A DNA stretch of 62,862 nucleotides, filler included, from Octopus bimaculoides (Eukaryota), in assembly GCF_001194135.2 (NCBI RefSeq). It is 5 parts of 5 records of this genome, joined end to end, with 100 filler letters (N's around TTAATTAATTAA, not from the genome) between each part and the next. Parts side by side here need not be neighbours in the genome. Positions count along the whole stretch, not along the records: positions 23,221 to 53,338 come from NC_068996.1; positions 53,439 to 60,439 come from NC_068999.1; positions 60,540 to 62,862 come from NW_026356139.1; 2 more parts are not named here. One strand, 5' to 3'. A program made the translations under genes and the position numbers. Shown here one piece after another: positions 51,600 through 62,862 of the stretch; position 1 is the stretch's first letter; the number at the start of each line of letters is the position of its first letter. The notes below the pieces were generated by a model. The model searched no databases and was not told the DNA's origin. It saw nothing but the letters and a program-made list of their open reading frames with translations.

Positions 51600-52900
51600 A
51601 AACTCTTCCGCATTCTCTCGATCAGAGCTCGTGCATTACTGAGGTGAAGGTTTGATTGAACAATTGTTGTGACATATACGACGAATCTGTAGTAAATGCT
51701 TACGTTGCATATAAATTCTTTAATCATTCGATTCTATGTAAATCCCCACACTTTGTGCCTGTCTTTGTATGGTCTCCCCGTCATCTGTCGTCCTGATAGC
51801 AAGGCCAAGATATTAACATGAAGATGGTTAACGCCTTCCGTCGGTATCTCATCGGGGAAGTGCAAACTTGCGCAATCCGGAACACCGAACAGTCCATCTA
51901 CGCAAACAACACAAAGAAGGTTTGGGGGACCTCGATCAATTTAGATCAGTCAAAAGCTTTCGATAAGATTGACCCTCGTTATGTGGACGTCGTCCTGAAA
52001 TTGGTTGGATTCGGACCCCTTTTCAGAGGTTGGGTTACTACGATGCACAGCGATGGTCAAACTAAACGGCCACTTCTCCGAACATTTTCTAATCACAAGC
52101 CAGTCTGTTAAGGCTAGCCACTCTCACCTCTTCTGTACGTGATACCTTTCGATTCATTGTTGTAGAAGTTGGAACAGTTAAGGAGATATCTCTTTCGAAA
52201 TAGAGACAGTGGGTGGGCTGTGTCGGCCTATATAGACGATGTCACCGTCATGGTGTTGGATGCCACTAAGGGTGATACAGGTGGCATTAATTTAAAGAGA
52301 TACTAGTCAGTAAAAGAATCTAAGAACAAGCAAGTGGGTTTGCAGCTGAGCACCAGGTGAGGGAATTTCATGTTGCCAGATGATGTCATTGGCTCAGTTT
52401 AACTCAAAGGTTCTCAAGTAGGGTTTATATGGTCCTTGGGGTTCCATATAAAATTCTGTCGTTAAAATCTATGTGCAAAAAATCAGTTATACTCCTACAA
52501 TGCAGAAAATATTTTAATAAATTTTTATACATTTCCTAATTATATTTAATTAACTAAGTATAATAGGAATTTTAAAACACAGAATGAGTATGAGGATCTT
52601 CTCGAATAAAACAGGAATCAAAGGGGTCCATAGGTAAAAAGTGGTTGACAACCACTGGCTTAACTGTTCGAGGTCTGGTTCGAACCTGACCGCCAAGAGG
52701 ATAAGAATTGGGACGAGGTGATGCAAAGGGTAACCAGGTATACCCAGCAATGAGCAGAGAGGATGCAGTCCCTGAAAGGTAGGTCAGATGAGGTGAAATC
52801 CTATTATCGTCTCCATTGTTATTTATTACCTAACCGTCGTGCCTTGCGCCAGTGACCACCTGATCAGAGTGAAACATGAGAATTGCCCACCCTTATGTTC
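51600..52900 (+). mobile_element. Decayed Tx1/L1-like LINE RT region, interrupted by a MITE
   Basis: LIGEVQTCAI, INLDQSKAFDKID…VGFGPLFRGW, DDVTV, and after the MITE the …WFEPD…NWDEV segment homologous to 32413. Confidence 0.75.
52405..52657. mobile_element. hAT MITE (253 bp) with 8-bp TSD
   Basis: TIRs caaaggttctcaa / ttgacaaccactg; flanks gtttaact / gcttaact. Confidence 0.85.
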
Positions 52901-53169
52901 AGTAGTCAAAGGACTTTGCGTTATACAAAACAGAATAGAAAACAATTATGACCAAATTAATTAGTATAATTTAAGCAAAAATTAACCATAAAAAGAACAA
53001 TTTTATTGTTATGGTATTTAATGTATTGGTATTTGTCTATGTTATCAATATACACGCTACTGGCCATTTCGAGTTATTTCCCTTAGCTCGTGTTTGTCCA
53101 TATATGTGTGCGCGTTGGATGTATATATATATATATGTATGTGTATTTATCTATGCGTGTATGAGTTTA

Positions 53170-53330
53170 TATACTCTTTTACTCTTTTACTTGTTTCAGT
53201 TATTTGTCTTATTCTATCGGTCTCTTTTTGCCGAACAGGTAAGTTACGGGGGGGGGGAGTTCGGTTGTCCAGCGAAGTTGGTGGGGGGACAAACACAGAC
53301 ACACAAACATATACACACACACATATATAT
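53170..53330 (-). mobile_element. SINE family 1, 3' half (internally deleted)
   Basis: tactcttttacttgtttcag…tttgccgaac…aagttacggg…ggacaaacacagac. Confidence 0.75.
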
Positions 53331-56300
53331 ATATATATNNNNNNNNNNNNNNNNNNNNNNNNNNNNNNNNNNNNNNNNNNNNTTAATTAATTAANNNNNN
53401 NNNNNNNNNNNNNNNNNNNNNNNNNNNNNNNNNNNNNNTATATATATATATATATATATATATATTCATATAGATATATAGATATAGATATAGATATATA
53501 TAAATATACATATGGTTATATAAATAGATAGATAGATAGATGTATGTATGTACGAATGTATGCATATATGTAGGTACGCATGTATATATGTATGTATGCA
53601 TATAGAAATGTGTGCATTATTACTTGTTGCTTTATATGCTGTATATTATGTGTATTTGTTTCCTCCTATACACCGGAGGTCGCTTTATCTGACATGTGAT
53701 TAAGTCTTCCATAGATACGAAATCTATCATACTATATAATGATATCATTGTTGATGGTACTCTACTTCATGATATAATTAATGTTGCTATCGGAGCAATT
53801 TTTCGTATTACATACATATAATTTTATTCTCTGTATAATTGACGAGTCTATTCATATTTTCTGTTTGTTTGTTTATGTGTGTGTTTGCGCACATGTATGC
53901 GTATGCATGTGTGTGTGTGTATATGTGTGCGTACACGCACATACGCATAAAATAGAAAAATGCACACTCACACTCACACACCAATATATATATATATATA
54001 TATATATCATATATATGTGAGTGCATGTGTGTGTATATACATGCTCATACTCATATATGTGAGTGTGTGTACACATATATGAATATGTCCAACTGCATTT
54101 TGTAAATTTATATGGGTTTTTATGATTTTTTTTGTTCATATATTATGTATATTATATAAATGGAATTGTTCATTTGTATATGAGAGCACTTATATTCCTT
54201 TTTTTTCTTTTTTTTGTCTTATTTATCTCTAGAAATATTTATTTTCCTATTTAAAGAAATAAATTAGCTTTTATACTGTTCAATGATTGCTTTATGACCC
54301 ACTGATCTTTGCCATTATAGCCGGTTAAATCTACGAAGCCTGCGATGTGTTCATCCTTTTTATGGATGCCAAACTGAGAGAATCAATCCACAATTTGTGG
54401 TATTTTTCTCTCCGAACTCCATTTTTAATCTTCAGGAAAAAAATGTGTTCTTTTTTTTTTTCATAATGTAATCAAACGGTCCATCAATAACAAATGCGTC
54501 TGAAACAAATGTAGAAAAACTTTAACGCTTTTGTGTTCTTATTTGATGCCGATGCCATACCTGGAACCTCCCCCATAATGGATCTGGAACTTGCACTGGA
54601 TCTTGAACCGACATGCATGTGTACATAGGTATCTATTTACATGTATATATTCATATGCATTCGTGTATATATGTCTTCATGTACATGTATATATGGAAGT
54701 GTATGTATATGTTCGTTGTTGTATATATATATATGTACGAATGCATTTGTATGTGGTGTATACAGGTATATCCTCAACTCGAGTTATCCACCAATACTGC
54801 TTGACTACAGGTGTAAATGTGTATATGTTGTGTATCGTAGTAGTTAGGTAAAAGAGTCCGACAGATAAAGTGCTAAGCTAAAAAAATAACTGGGATCGAT
54901 TCGGTCGACTGCAATTATTGAAAGCGCCGTTCTTGCATGTCTGCAATCTAATGGCAGAAACAAGTGAAAGATATATATAGTTTTAATAATAACATAAGAC
55001 CAAATAATATTTTGAAGTCATTTAAAACGTACGTTTTATATATACAATGTGTAACAAATGTTTTTTTTAAACTTTTTTTTCTCGGTAAATATAGCTTCCT
55101 ACTTGCTTCTATCTAGAAATCAAAGGAAACGACTACTATTCCCTCCAAACTTTACTTTTGTGACCTAGACAGTAATGTCTTGAAACTGAGCCTTTTTCCA
55201 ATACATTTCAGACATATTCAGCGCTGGGTTACTGACGCAGAATTATCATTGTATGAACTAGTCTGCTCAATACCACAGATTTCTTTGTCGGTTTCTTGAC
55301 CTTTACCACTTAAGCATCTTCCTCAATAGCATACAGGGTGTGCCCTTTTGATCATGAGCAGTAGTCAAGGATCGTATCATAGCCATGTATTAAAATGGAT
55401 TCTTTGGGGTATGAATAAATGTAACAAAATCAAAGTTTCAAAGAAATATTGGCAATATTTCATTCTTTTAAGGGGTCAGCAAATAGGAAATGACAGTTGC
55501 TACCCAACAACAAAAATCGTGTTACACAGTGTAATAGGAAATGCATCTATTAGGTAAATGCATGTGTGCATGTGTGGGTTTGCGTTTATGTATGTATGTA
55601 TGTATGTTTGTATGTATGTATTTATCCAACTGTGTTTATGGGGGTAATTTCCGATTAATATATGTAAACTCCTAATGAAAAGAGCTGTCACACAGTATTT
55701 CTTCATAAACAGATTTAAATATGATCCTTTATCGAAAATGCTACATACAGAACAATGCAAAAAATATATTACTCTTTTAGGAGATTGGTATATGTAGAAA
55801 ATGTGATTCCATCCATAAATGAAGAATGACGTAGAAAAAAAGAACAGTGATTTTCATGCTGTCAAAGTAGTATATGTAAAGAACAATAAAATAAAATAAA
55901 GAATTTTGTAGCTATTTTCAATATAAATTTTGTGTTGTACAGCAGACATTTTTTTCAGTACGTGACCATATTTCACCTTACGGAAATATATAATATGGGA
56001 AATAAACTATTTGAATGGGTTTTTAATACAGCGTCATTTAATCGTATATCGAAAAACAAATTAATATTCAGTTTTTGTAAGTACTAAGACTGCATCAGTA
56101 ATAACGAATACATTGTTATTAGGCGTTTTATAAATATAACAGATGAATCTATTACATGATTTTCATGTGGCTCAATACGAATGGATGAACAAAAATCTGT
56201 GTTTATTTGTCAACTGAAAGAATCAAGCTGCATTCTTTGTTTAGCAGTGATCGGAGCAATTGACTAATATTCCGATGTGTCACCATTTCTTACTATACAT

Positions 56301-57012
56301 TGTCCCGCTGAATACTGGCATTCCATCATTTCAATACGAGACTTCGAGAAACGCGTTTTAAAAATGTCCAGTGTCTAACTATATCTACTATATAAGTGAA
56401 CGTATGTGCGTGTTTGAACATAGCCCAGAAAGGCTCTGAAACGGTGCGCCCTCGAGAAAAATGGATTTGAGTTTCGAAATCTCAGTCCCAAGGGGAAGGA
56501 ATTCGTTTGTAATTAATGAAAAAAAATATAATTTGCTGCAAGGAATAACATTTAGATCGATAAATCTCACACTCTATTTTACGCCTTTCCCTCTCTGCAT
56601 ATATTTACTACACACTTTATCACTCTCTGTTTAAGTATATCTTTCACGCATGCTATCTCTCCCTCCCTCCTCTCTTTCTCTCTCTTCATTTTACTTGATA
56701 TTTCTTTTTATTTTGTTTAAAACTTCATGATGTAATATTTAGTTTCATTCTATGATACGCTTCTGTCACGCAGAAAATGCTACCGTCCAAAATTCTGTTT
56801 CCTGATTGGGTAAACAATTATCACGCTTTAAACCTCTGTAACATTTTTCTAATATTTTTCCATAATAAATGAATCACAAAATCGGATTCAGCGGAATAAT
56901 TACATCAATATGCCAAATTAAAAAAAATTTCAACAAATTTTAAAATTTCAAAATTTCAAAATCTACTCTCCCTCCTTCTCTGTCTGTCTATATGTCTATC
57001 TCACTCTCACTT

Positions 57013-57089
<77 letters not shown>

Positions 57090-57539
57090 CTCTCTCTCTC
57101 TCTCTCTCTCTCACTCTCTGTCTCTCTCTCACTCTCTCTCTTCCCTCTCTCTCCCTCTCTCTGAGTATGCTCATTGTACACTTTACCCCTCTTTATATTT
57201 ATTTACACCACTCACTCTCGCTCTCTGCGTATGTATATCGATCACGGTTTGTGTGTGTGTGTGCGCGCGCGCATGCGTATGTAAGTTAGTGCGTCTAGAG
57301 GCATGTATGTAAAGAATTTCATTAGGGTGGCAGGGTCGTGAAACCGTTACGAAGCATCAGCAGCGAGCTACAAATAATCTCTCCGTCTTTGCACTAAATA
57401 AAAAAAAAAAAAACTTTAGTTTATCGACACATTATAAATTTCCCGAAATAATACAGTGATCTGCTTTGATCAAGAGACCTATCCATCGGATAAGCTCAGA
57501 TCTGCTGTGGAACAAAAAATACACACACAAACACACACA

Positions 57540-58474
57540 CAAGGGGTTACCCAAAAGTAAATCGGAAACGTTCTCTGAGACAAACCTGTTGTAGTTCAGG
57601 CTTCCGTTGCTAAAAATCGTTTGATCCTTTAGGCATCAGTCTGCCGACTGGCGTTGTTCAGTGGTCTCATACAGTCACGTGGAGTGTCTCTGTTTTCCTT
57701 TTTTTTTTCTTTCATTTTTGCAGTGCACCTTCACTGTTCGGCGATTTTTGCGATGGCTGAAAACGAAGGAACAGCGTTCCTCTGCGAAATTATGGTTTGT
57801 GCCTGGAGAAACGGCGATCGAAACAGTTGTCATGCTTCAAACGGTTTACAAGGACGCTGCCATGAGCAAAACACAAGCCTACGAGTGGGTTCCATGCTCT
57901 AAGACAGATCACTTGACACTTGTCGCTTGAAAACCAACCTTGTTCCGAGTGACCCTTGGACACCCGAACGAATTAAAATATCATGAAAATTCATAGATTG
58001 ATCTTGGGCGATCATCACCGAACAATTGACGAACTTGTTGATATGACTGGTGTATCGTGGAGCTCCTGCCAACGAATTTTGAGCGAGAAATTGCGAATGA
58101 AAAGAGAGGCAGCAAAATTTGTGCCTACCTAGCTCACGAGTTATCAAATGCAATCTCGACTGAATGCGTGTCATGAACTGAAAGAAATGTTGAAAGTTGA
58201 TCCGGGCCTCTTTTCGAAGGTCGTCCCTGATGATGAAAGTCAATGCTACAAAATTTGGTGATGTGGAAAAGGTAAAGAAAAAATTCGACGGATACCTTAA
58301 AAGAAATCACTTCGCAAGAATGCCAGCACTGCTTCGAACAGTGGTAAACGCGCTTGGACAGATGCATTGCTTCAAATGGAGTATACTCTGAAAGCGATTA
58401 AAGCGTTAGCATGTACAACTAAGTGAATAAGATTGTATTGCATAATTCTTATTTCTTTTGAGTACATATAAACG
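57540..58474 (+). mobile_element. Internally deleted mariner, third family
   Basis: Left TIR caaggggttacccaaaagt with a degenerate right TIR; KEQRSS…ETAIETVVMLQTVYKDAAMSKTQAYEW, AAKFVP, KVVPDDES, then a jump to the C-terminal KFGDVEKVKKK. Confidence 0.8.
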
Positions 58475-58492
58475 TATATATATATATATACA

Positions 58493-58902
58493 TATAGTTA
58501 AATTCAATGAAAATCTATACATGCAGGTCCAGGGAGAGGCTATTGGTGCCAGTGTGGCCGGAGATGTGTCAAGCCTATTCATGACCTGGTGGGACAAAAA
58601 GCTGAAAACAACTCTCGAAGAACACTCAATAACACTCAAACTATACGGGAGATATGTGGATGACATTAACATCGTAGTGAAAACATCATCAAACATTCAG
58701 ACTGAAGAGAACGAGAAGATCGTGATGGAAAACATCCAGAATATAGCTAATACAATACACCAGAGCATCAAGGTAACAATAGATTACCCAACAAGACACC
58801 TAAACATGAGACTCCCAGTACTTGACACAGAACTTTGGCTAGAAACAATTAATGACAAAGTTCAAATCCGCCACTCACATTATATGAAACCTATATCTTC
58901 AA
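58493..58902 (+). mobile_element. Penelope-like reverse transcriptase fragment (uninterrupted, cut by gap)
   Basis: KFNENLYMQVQGEAIG…FMTWWD…LYGRYVDDI…IKVTIDYP…LPVLD…HYMKPISS. Confidence 0.88.
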
Positions 58903-60077
58903 NNNNNNNNNNNNNNNNNNNNNNNNNNNNNNNNNNNNNNNNNNNNNNNNNNNNNNNNNNNNNNNNNNNNNNNNNNNNNNNNNNNNNNNNNNNNNNNNNN
59001 NNNNNNNNNNNNNNNNNNNNNNNNNNNNNNNNNNNNNNNNNNNNNNNNNNNNNNNNNNNNNNNNNNNNNNNNNNNNNNNNNNNNNNNNNNNNNNNNNNNN
59101 NNNNNNNNNNNNNNNNNNNNNNNNNNNNNNNNNNNNNNNNNNNNNNNNNNNNNNNNNNNNNNNNNNNNNNNNNNNNNNNNNNNNNNNNNNNNNNNNNNNN
59201 NNNNNNNNNNNNNNNNNNNNNNNNNNNNNNNNNNNNNNNNNNNNNNNNNNNNNNNNNNNNNNNNNNNNNNNNNNNNNNNNNNNNNNNNNNNNNNNNNNNN
59301 NNNNNNNNNNNNNNNNNNNNNNNNNNNNNNNNNNNNNNNNNNNNNNNNNNNNNNNNNNNNNNNNNNNNNNNNNNNNNNNNNNNNNNNNNNNNNNNNNNNN
59401 NNNNNNNNNNNNNNNNNNNNNNNNNNNNNNNNNNNNNNNNNNNNNNNNNNNNNNNNNNNNNNNNNNNNNNNNNNNNNNNNNNNNNNNNNNNNNNNNNNNN
59501 NNNNNNNNNNNNNNNNNNNNNNNNNNNNNNNNNNNNNNNNNNNNNNNNNNNNNNNNNNNNNNNNNNNNNNNNNNNNNNNNNNNNNNNNNNNNNNNNNNNN
59601 NNNNNNNNNNNNNNNNNNNNNNNNNNNNNNNNNNNNNNNNNNNNNNNNNNNNNNNNNNNNNNNNNNNNNNNNNNNNNNNNNNNNNNNNNNNATATATATA
59701 TATATATATAAATTTATGCATATACTTTTGTGTCGGGGTAGTGCCGCAACAGTGAGTGTCCTGTAACTCGAAAACCTCTCAGATTTCTATTGACATCAGG
59801 CCAGGAGGAAATTTGAGATTAGCGAATGATACTGACGCAGCAGAGTCGCAATTAAGACTCAGTGCACTCGTTGTTCTGGTACCTTGTAGAAAGGCTGGCA
59901 TGAGGATGATTCCTTAATTGTAATTATATCATAACGCTAGATTAGATTCAGCAAATATACATAAACTATCCTGAACTGTACAAAAGAATATGCACGCAGC
60001 AGCTTTTGTTGTAGACGTCCGTTTCGTAATACGGAGGCATTTTACAACCACTGTCATAACGTTACAAATGATCAGGT

Positions 60078-60129
<52 letters not shown>

Positions 60130-62145
60130 CTTCCTCTTTCTTGGTCATTATCTTCTATATCACCTCGTTCTTCCTCATATTCTCCATATTCTCTCTTCCT
60201 CATTTACCTCTTCAATCTATTCTGCTTGTTCTTGTTTCTCATTTACATTTTCTTTTCACTTCTTCACACTTTTTTTTTTTTGCGAATACGTGAAAAATGT
60301 TCTCTTCTGCTATTGATGAGGGAGAATGCACTTCTCGTAATTTCCTGTTCTGACGTTACTGCAATTCTATATATATATACATACATACTTACATACACAA
60401 ATATACATATACATACATACATACATATATATATATATANNNNNNNNNNNNNNNNNNNNNNNNNNNNNNNNNNNNNNNNNNNNTTAATTAATTAANNNNN
60501 NNNNNNNNNNNNNNNNNNNNNNNNNNNNNNNNNNNNNNNATATACACACACACACATAAATATATATATATATATATATACATATATACGTACATACACA
60601 CACACACACATGTACCCATGCATGCACATATACAAACAAGTTGAGTGATTTAATCAGAGAATATAAAAATCAGTTTATATGTTTTGTTCAAATGGAGTCA
60701 TATTAAGAAGCGCAGAATTTCAGATTCATTTAAGTACATAGAATATATCTTTGTTATACTGACTTATCTATATATGATTTGAGTATATGCATACATGCAT
60801 GAGTTCAAAGATGCTTGTTGCTGTGTGTCTCTTTTCGTGTAAGTGTAAGGATATGTGTTTGTGTCTGTATTAAATTTGTATTCATACAAATCAGTATTCA
60901 TAGTGTTTTTGAGTCATATTTGTAACATATTTATAATAAATGTTAGTTTTTTTGTACTATAGTCAAAACTCTGTAAAATAATTCATTGAAAAACTGTTGC
61001 AATGGAAAGTAAATTATCCAAACTGTTTGGAAAGTTTCAATTTTAGATTTACAACTGAAAAGTTATTCATCAGGTTTCCAAATTTTCATTCTATCCAACT
61101 TGACACACAAATGTTGGATTAGCTGGGGCGGGGGACGGGACAAACAAAAGAGAAACACTTGTTAAGATACATTTAGAGTGATCTTTGAANNNNNNNNNNN
61201 NNNNNNNNNNNNNNNNNNNNNNNNNNNNNNNNNNNNNNNNNNNNNNNNNNNNNNNNNNNNNNNNNNNNNNNNNNNNNNNNNNNNNNNNNNNNNNNNNNNN
61301 NNNNNNNNNNNNNNNNNNNNNNNNNNNNNNNNNNNNNNNNNNNNNNNNNNNNNNNNNNNNNNNNNNNNNNNNNNNNNNNNNNNNNNNNNNNNNNNNNNNN
61401 NNNNNNNNNNNNNNNNNNNNNNNNNNNNNNNNNNNNNNNNNNNNNNNNNNNNNNNNNNNNNNNNNNNNNNNNNNNNNNNNNNNNNNNNNNNNNNNNNNNN
61501 NNNNNNNNNNNNNNNNNNNNNNNNNNNNNNNNNNNNNNNNNNNNNNNNNNNNNNNNNNNNNNNNNNNNNNNNNNNNNNNNNNNNNNNNNNNNNNNNNNNN
61601 NNNNNNNNNNNNNNNNNNNNNNNNNNNNNNNNNNNNNNNNNNNNNNNNNNNNNNNNNNNNNNNNNNNNNNNNNNNNNNNNNNNNNNNNNNNNNNNNNNNN
61701 NNNNNNNNNNNNNNNNNNNNNNNNNNNNNNNNNNNNNNNNNNNNNNNNNNNNNNNNNNNNNNNNNNNNNNNNNNNNNNNNNNNNNNNNNNNNNNNNNNNN
61801 NNNNNNNNNNNNNNNNNNNNNNNTATATATATATATATGTATATACTATAGATATTTAGCATATAATACAATAATACAATTATATATTGAAGAAATAAAC
61901 TTTTGAATGTTTGTTATGTACTTCATAATCTGTTTACATATTATTCTATATGTACATGTTTTAGTCTCTCAATCAAGTATACTCTTTTAAACATACACTG
62001 ACACATATCTATACATATATATACACAAGCATATTTTTAAGTGAGCAAATGTTTTCACATACATATACTGTTCATAGAAATTCTTAAATATAAATATATT
62101 ATGCATAACAAATACACACCCACATACACGTACATATATACATAC

Positions 62146-62231
<86 letters not shown>

Positions 62232-62812
62232 GGATAGATTGATATACACACGCACACACATGTTTGCATTCATAGAGACAAATTCATTCATAGAAACAAG
62301 TGCATGGATCTATTTAACCACATATTCACAAACACATTCCTTTACACAAGCAAACCATGAGTAAAAAAGTGTGAAAAGTACTGCTTTACCCCTGAATAAA
62401 CAAGTCCCTTTGCATATGACTCATATTGTTATTATCTTCCTCATTGTGCCATTTCATGGTAGGGAAAAAAAAGGTTCCCTTCTTTCTAAGTAATAAGTAT
62501 CGTGTCAACCAGAGGTATGTTGCCTTTGTCTGCTGTCATCTGCTGTTGGTACTGTCTCGTGCAGCATTACATGTTGAGCCTTTTGAACACTTGAACAGTG
62601 TCTGCTGCATTCGCTGCTTCGCTCGATAGCAAATCAGCTCATGTGTGTCTGTGTGTTCGTATCGAATAGAAAATTAGCGCAGCTGTAGGAAGCGTGTAGT
62701 GAACACAGAAACTGAGAAGCTGCCTAGAGTGCTAATATAATAATGGAAATAGTTTTACATATTCAAGACACCAGCAGCTTTTCAACACCATCCCCACACC
62801 ATTAAATTTAGC

Positions 62813-62850
<38 letters not shown>

Positions 62851-62862
62851 GTGTACCTGTGT

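Noticed and set aside
54555-54600. Possible 41-nt minus-strand exon with gtatgg donor
   Set aside because: No polypyrimidine tract at the acceptor and no recognisable peptide.
62699-62720. tgaacacag, the 5' end of miR-317
   Set aside because: Only a 9-nt match, with weak and discontinuous pairing upstream.

Overview
AT-rich, repeat-saturated eukaryotic DNA from a gapped short-read assembly. The SINE families, microsatellite load and repeat mix look like an octopus (coleoid cephalopod) genome; this is recognition, not a database match. I cannot support any intact host protein-coding gene. Nearly all long ORFs in the track are translated microsatellites or run through N gaps. The informative content is mobile DNA: four mariner elements (two near full length with TIRs and TA TSDs, one internally deleted, one fold-back made of two 5' ends), a Buster/Charlie-type hAT transposase relic and hAT MITEs, a Tigger/pogo fragment, Tx1/L1-like, RTE and R4/Dong-like LINE relics, Penelope-like RT and GIY-YIG fragments, two LTR remnants, and more than 15 SINE copies. 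The most notable signals are hammerhead-ribozyme motifs: one complete type I motif beside the Penelope GIY-YIG relic, and minimal motifs in two short non-autonomous repeat families. Also notable are a twin-priming-type 5' inversion in an RTE LINE, a TIR-bounded mini-element carrying telomere-like (CCCTAA)n, and a 162-bp TSD-flanked solo LTR. Four identical 100-bp N/TTAATTAATTAA/N spacers are assembly linkers, so adjacency across them is not proven.
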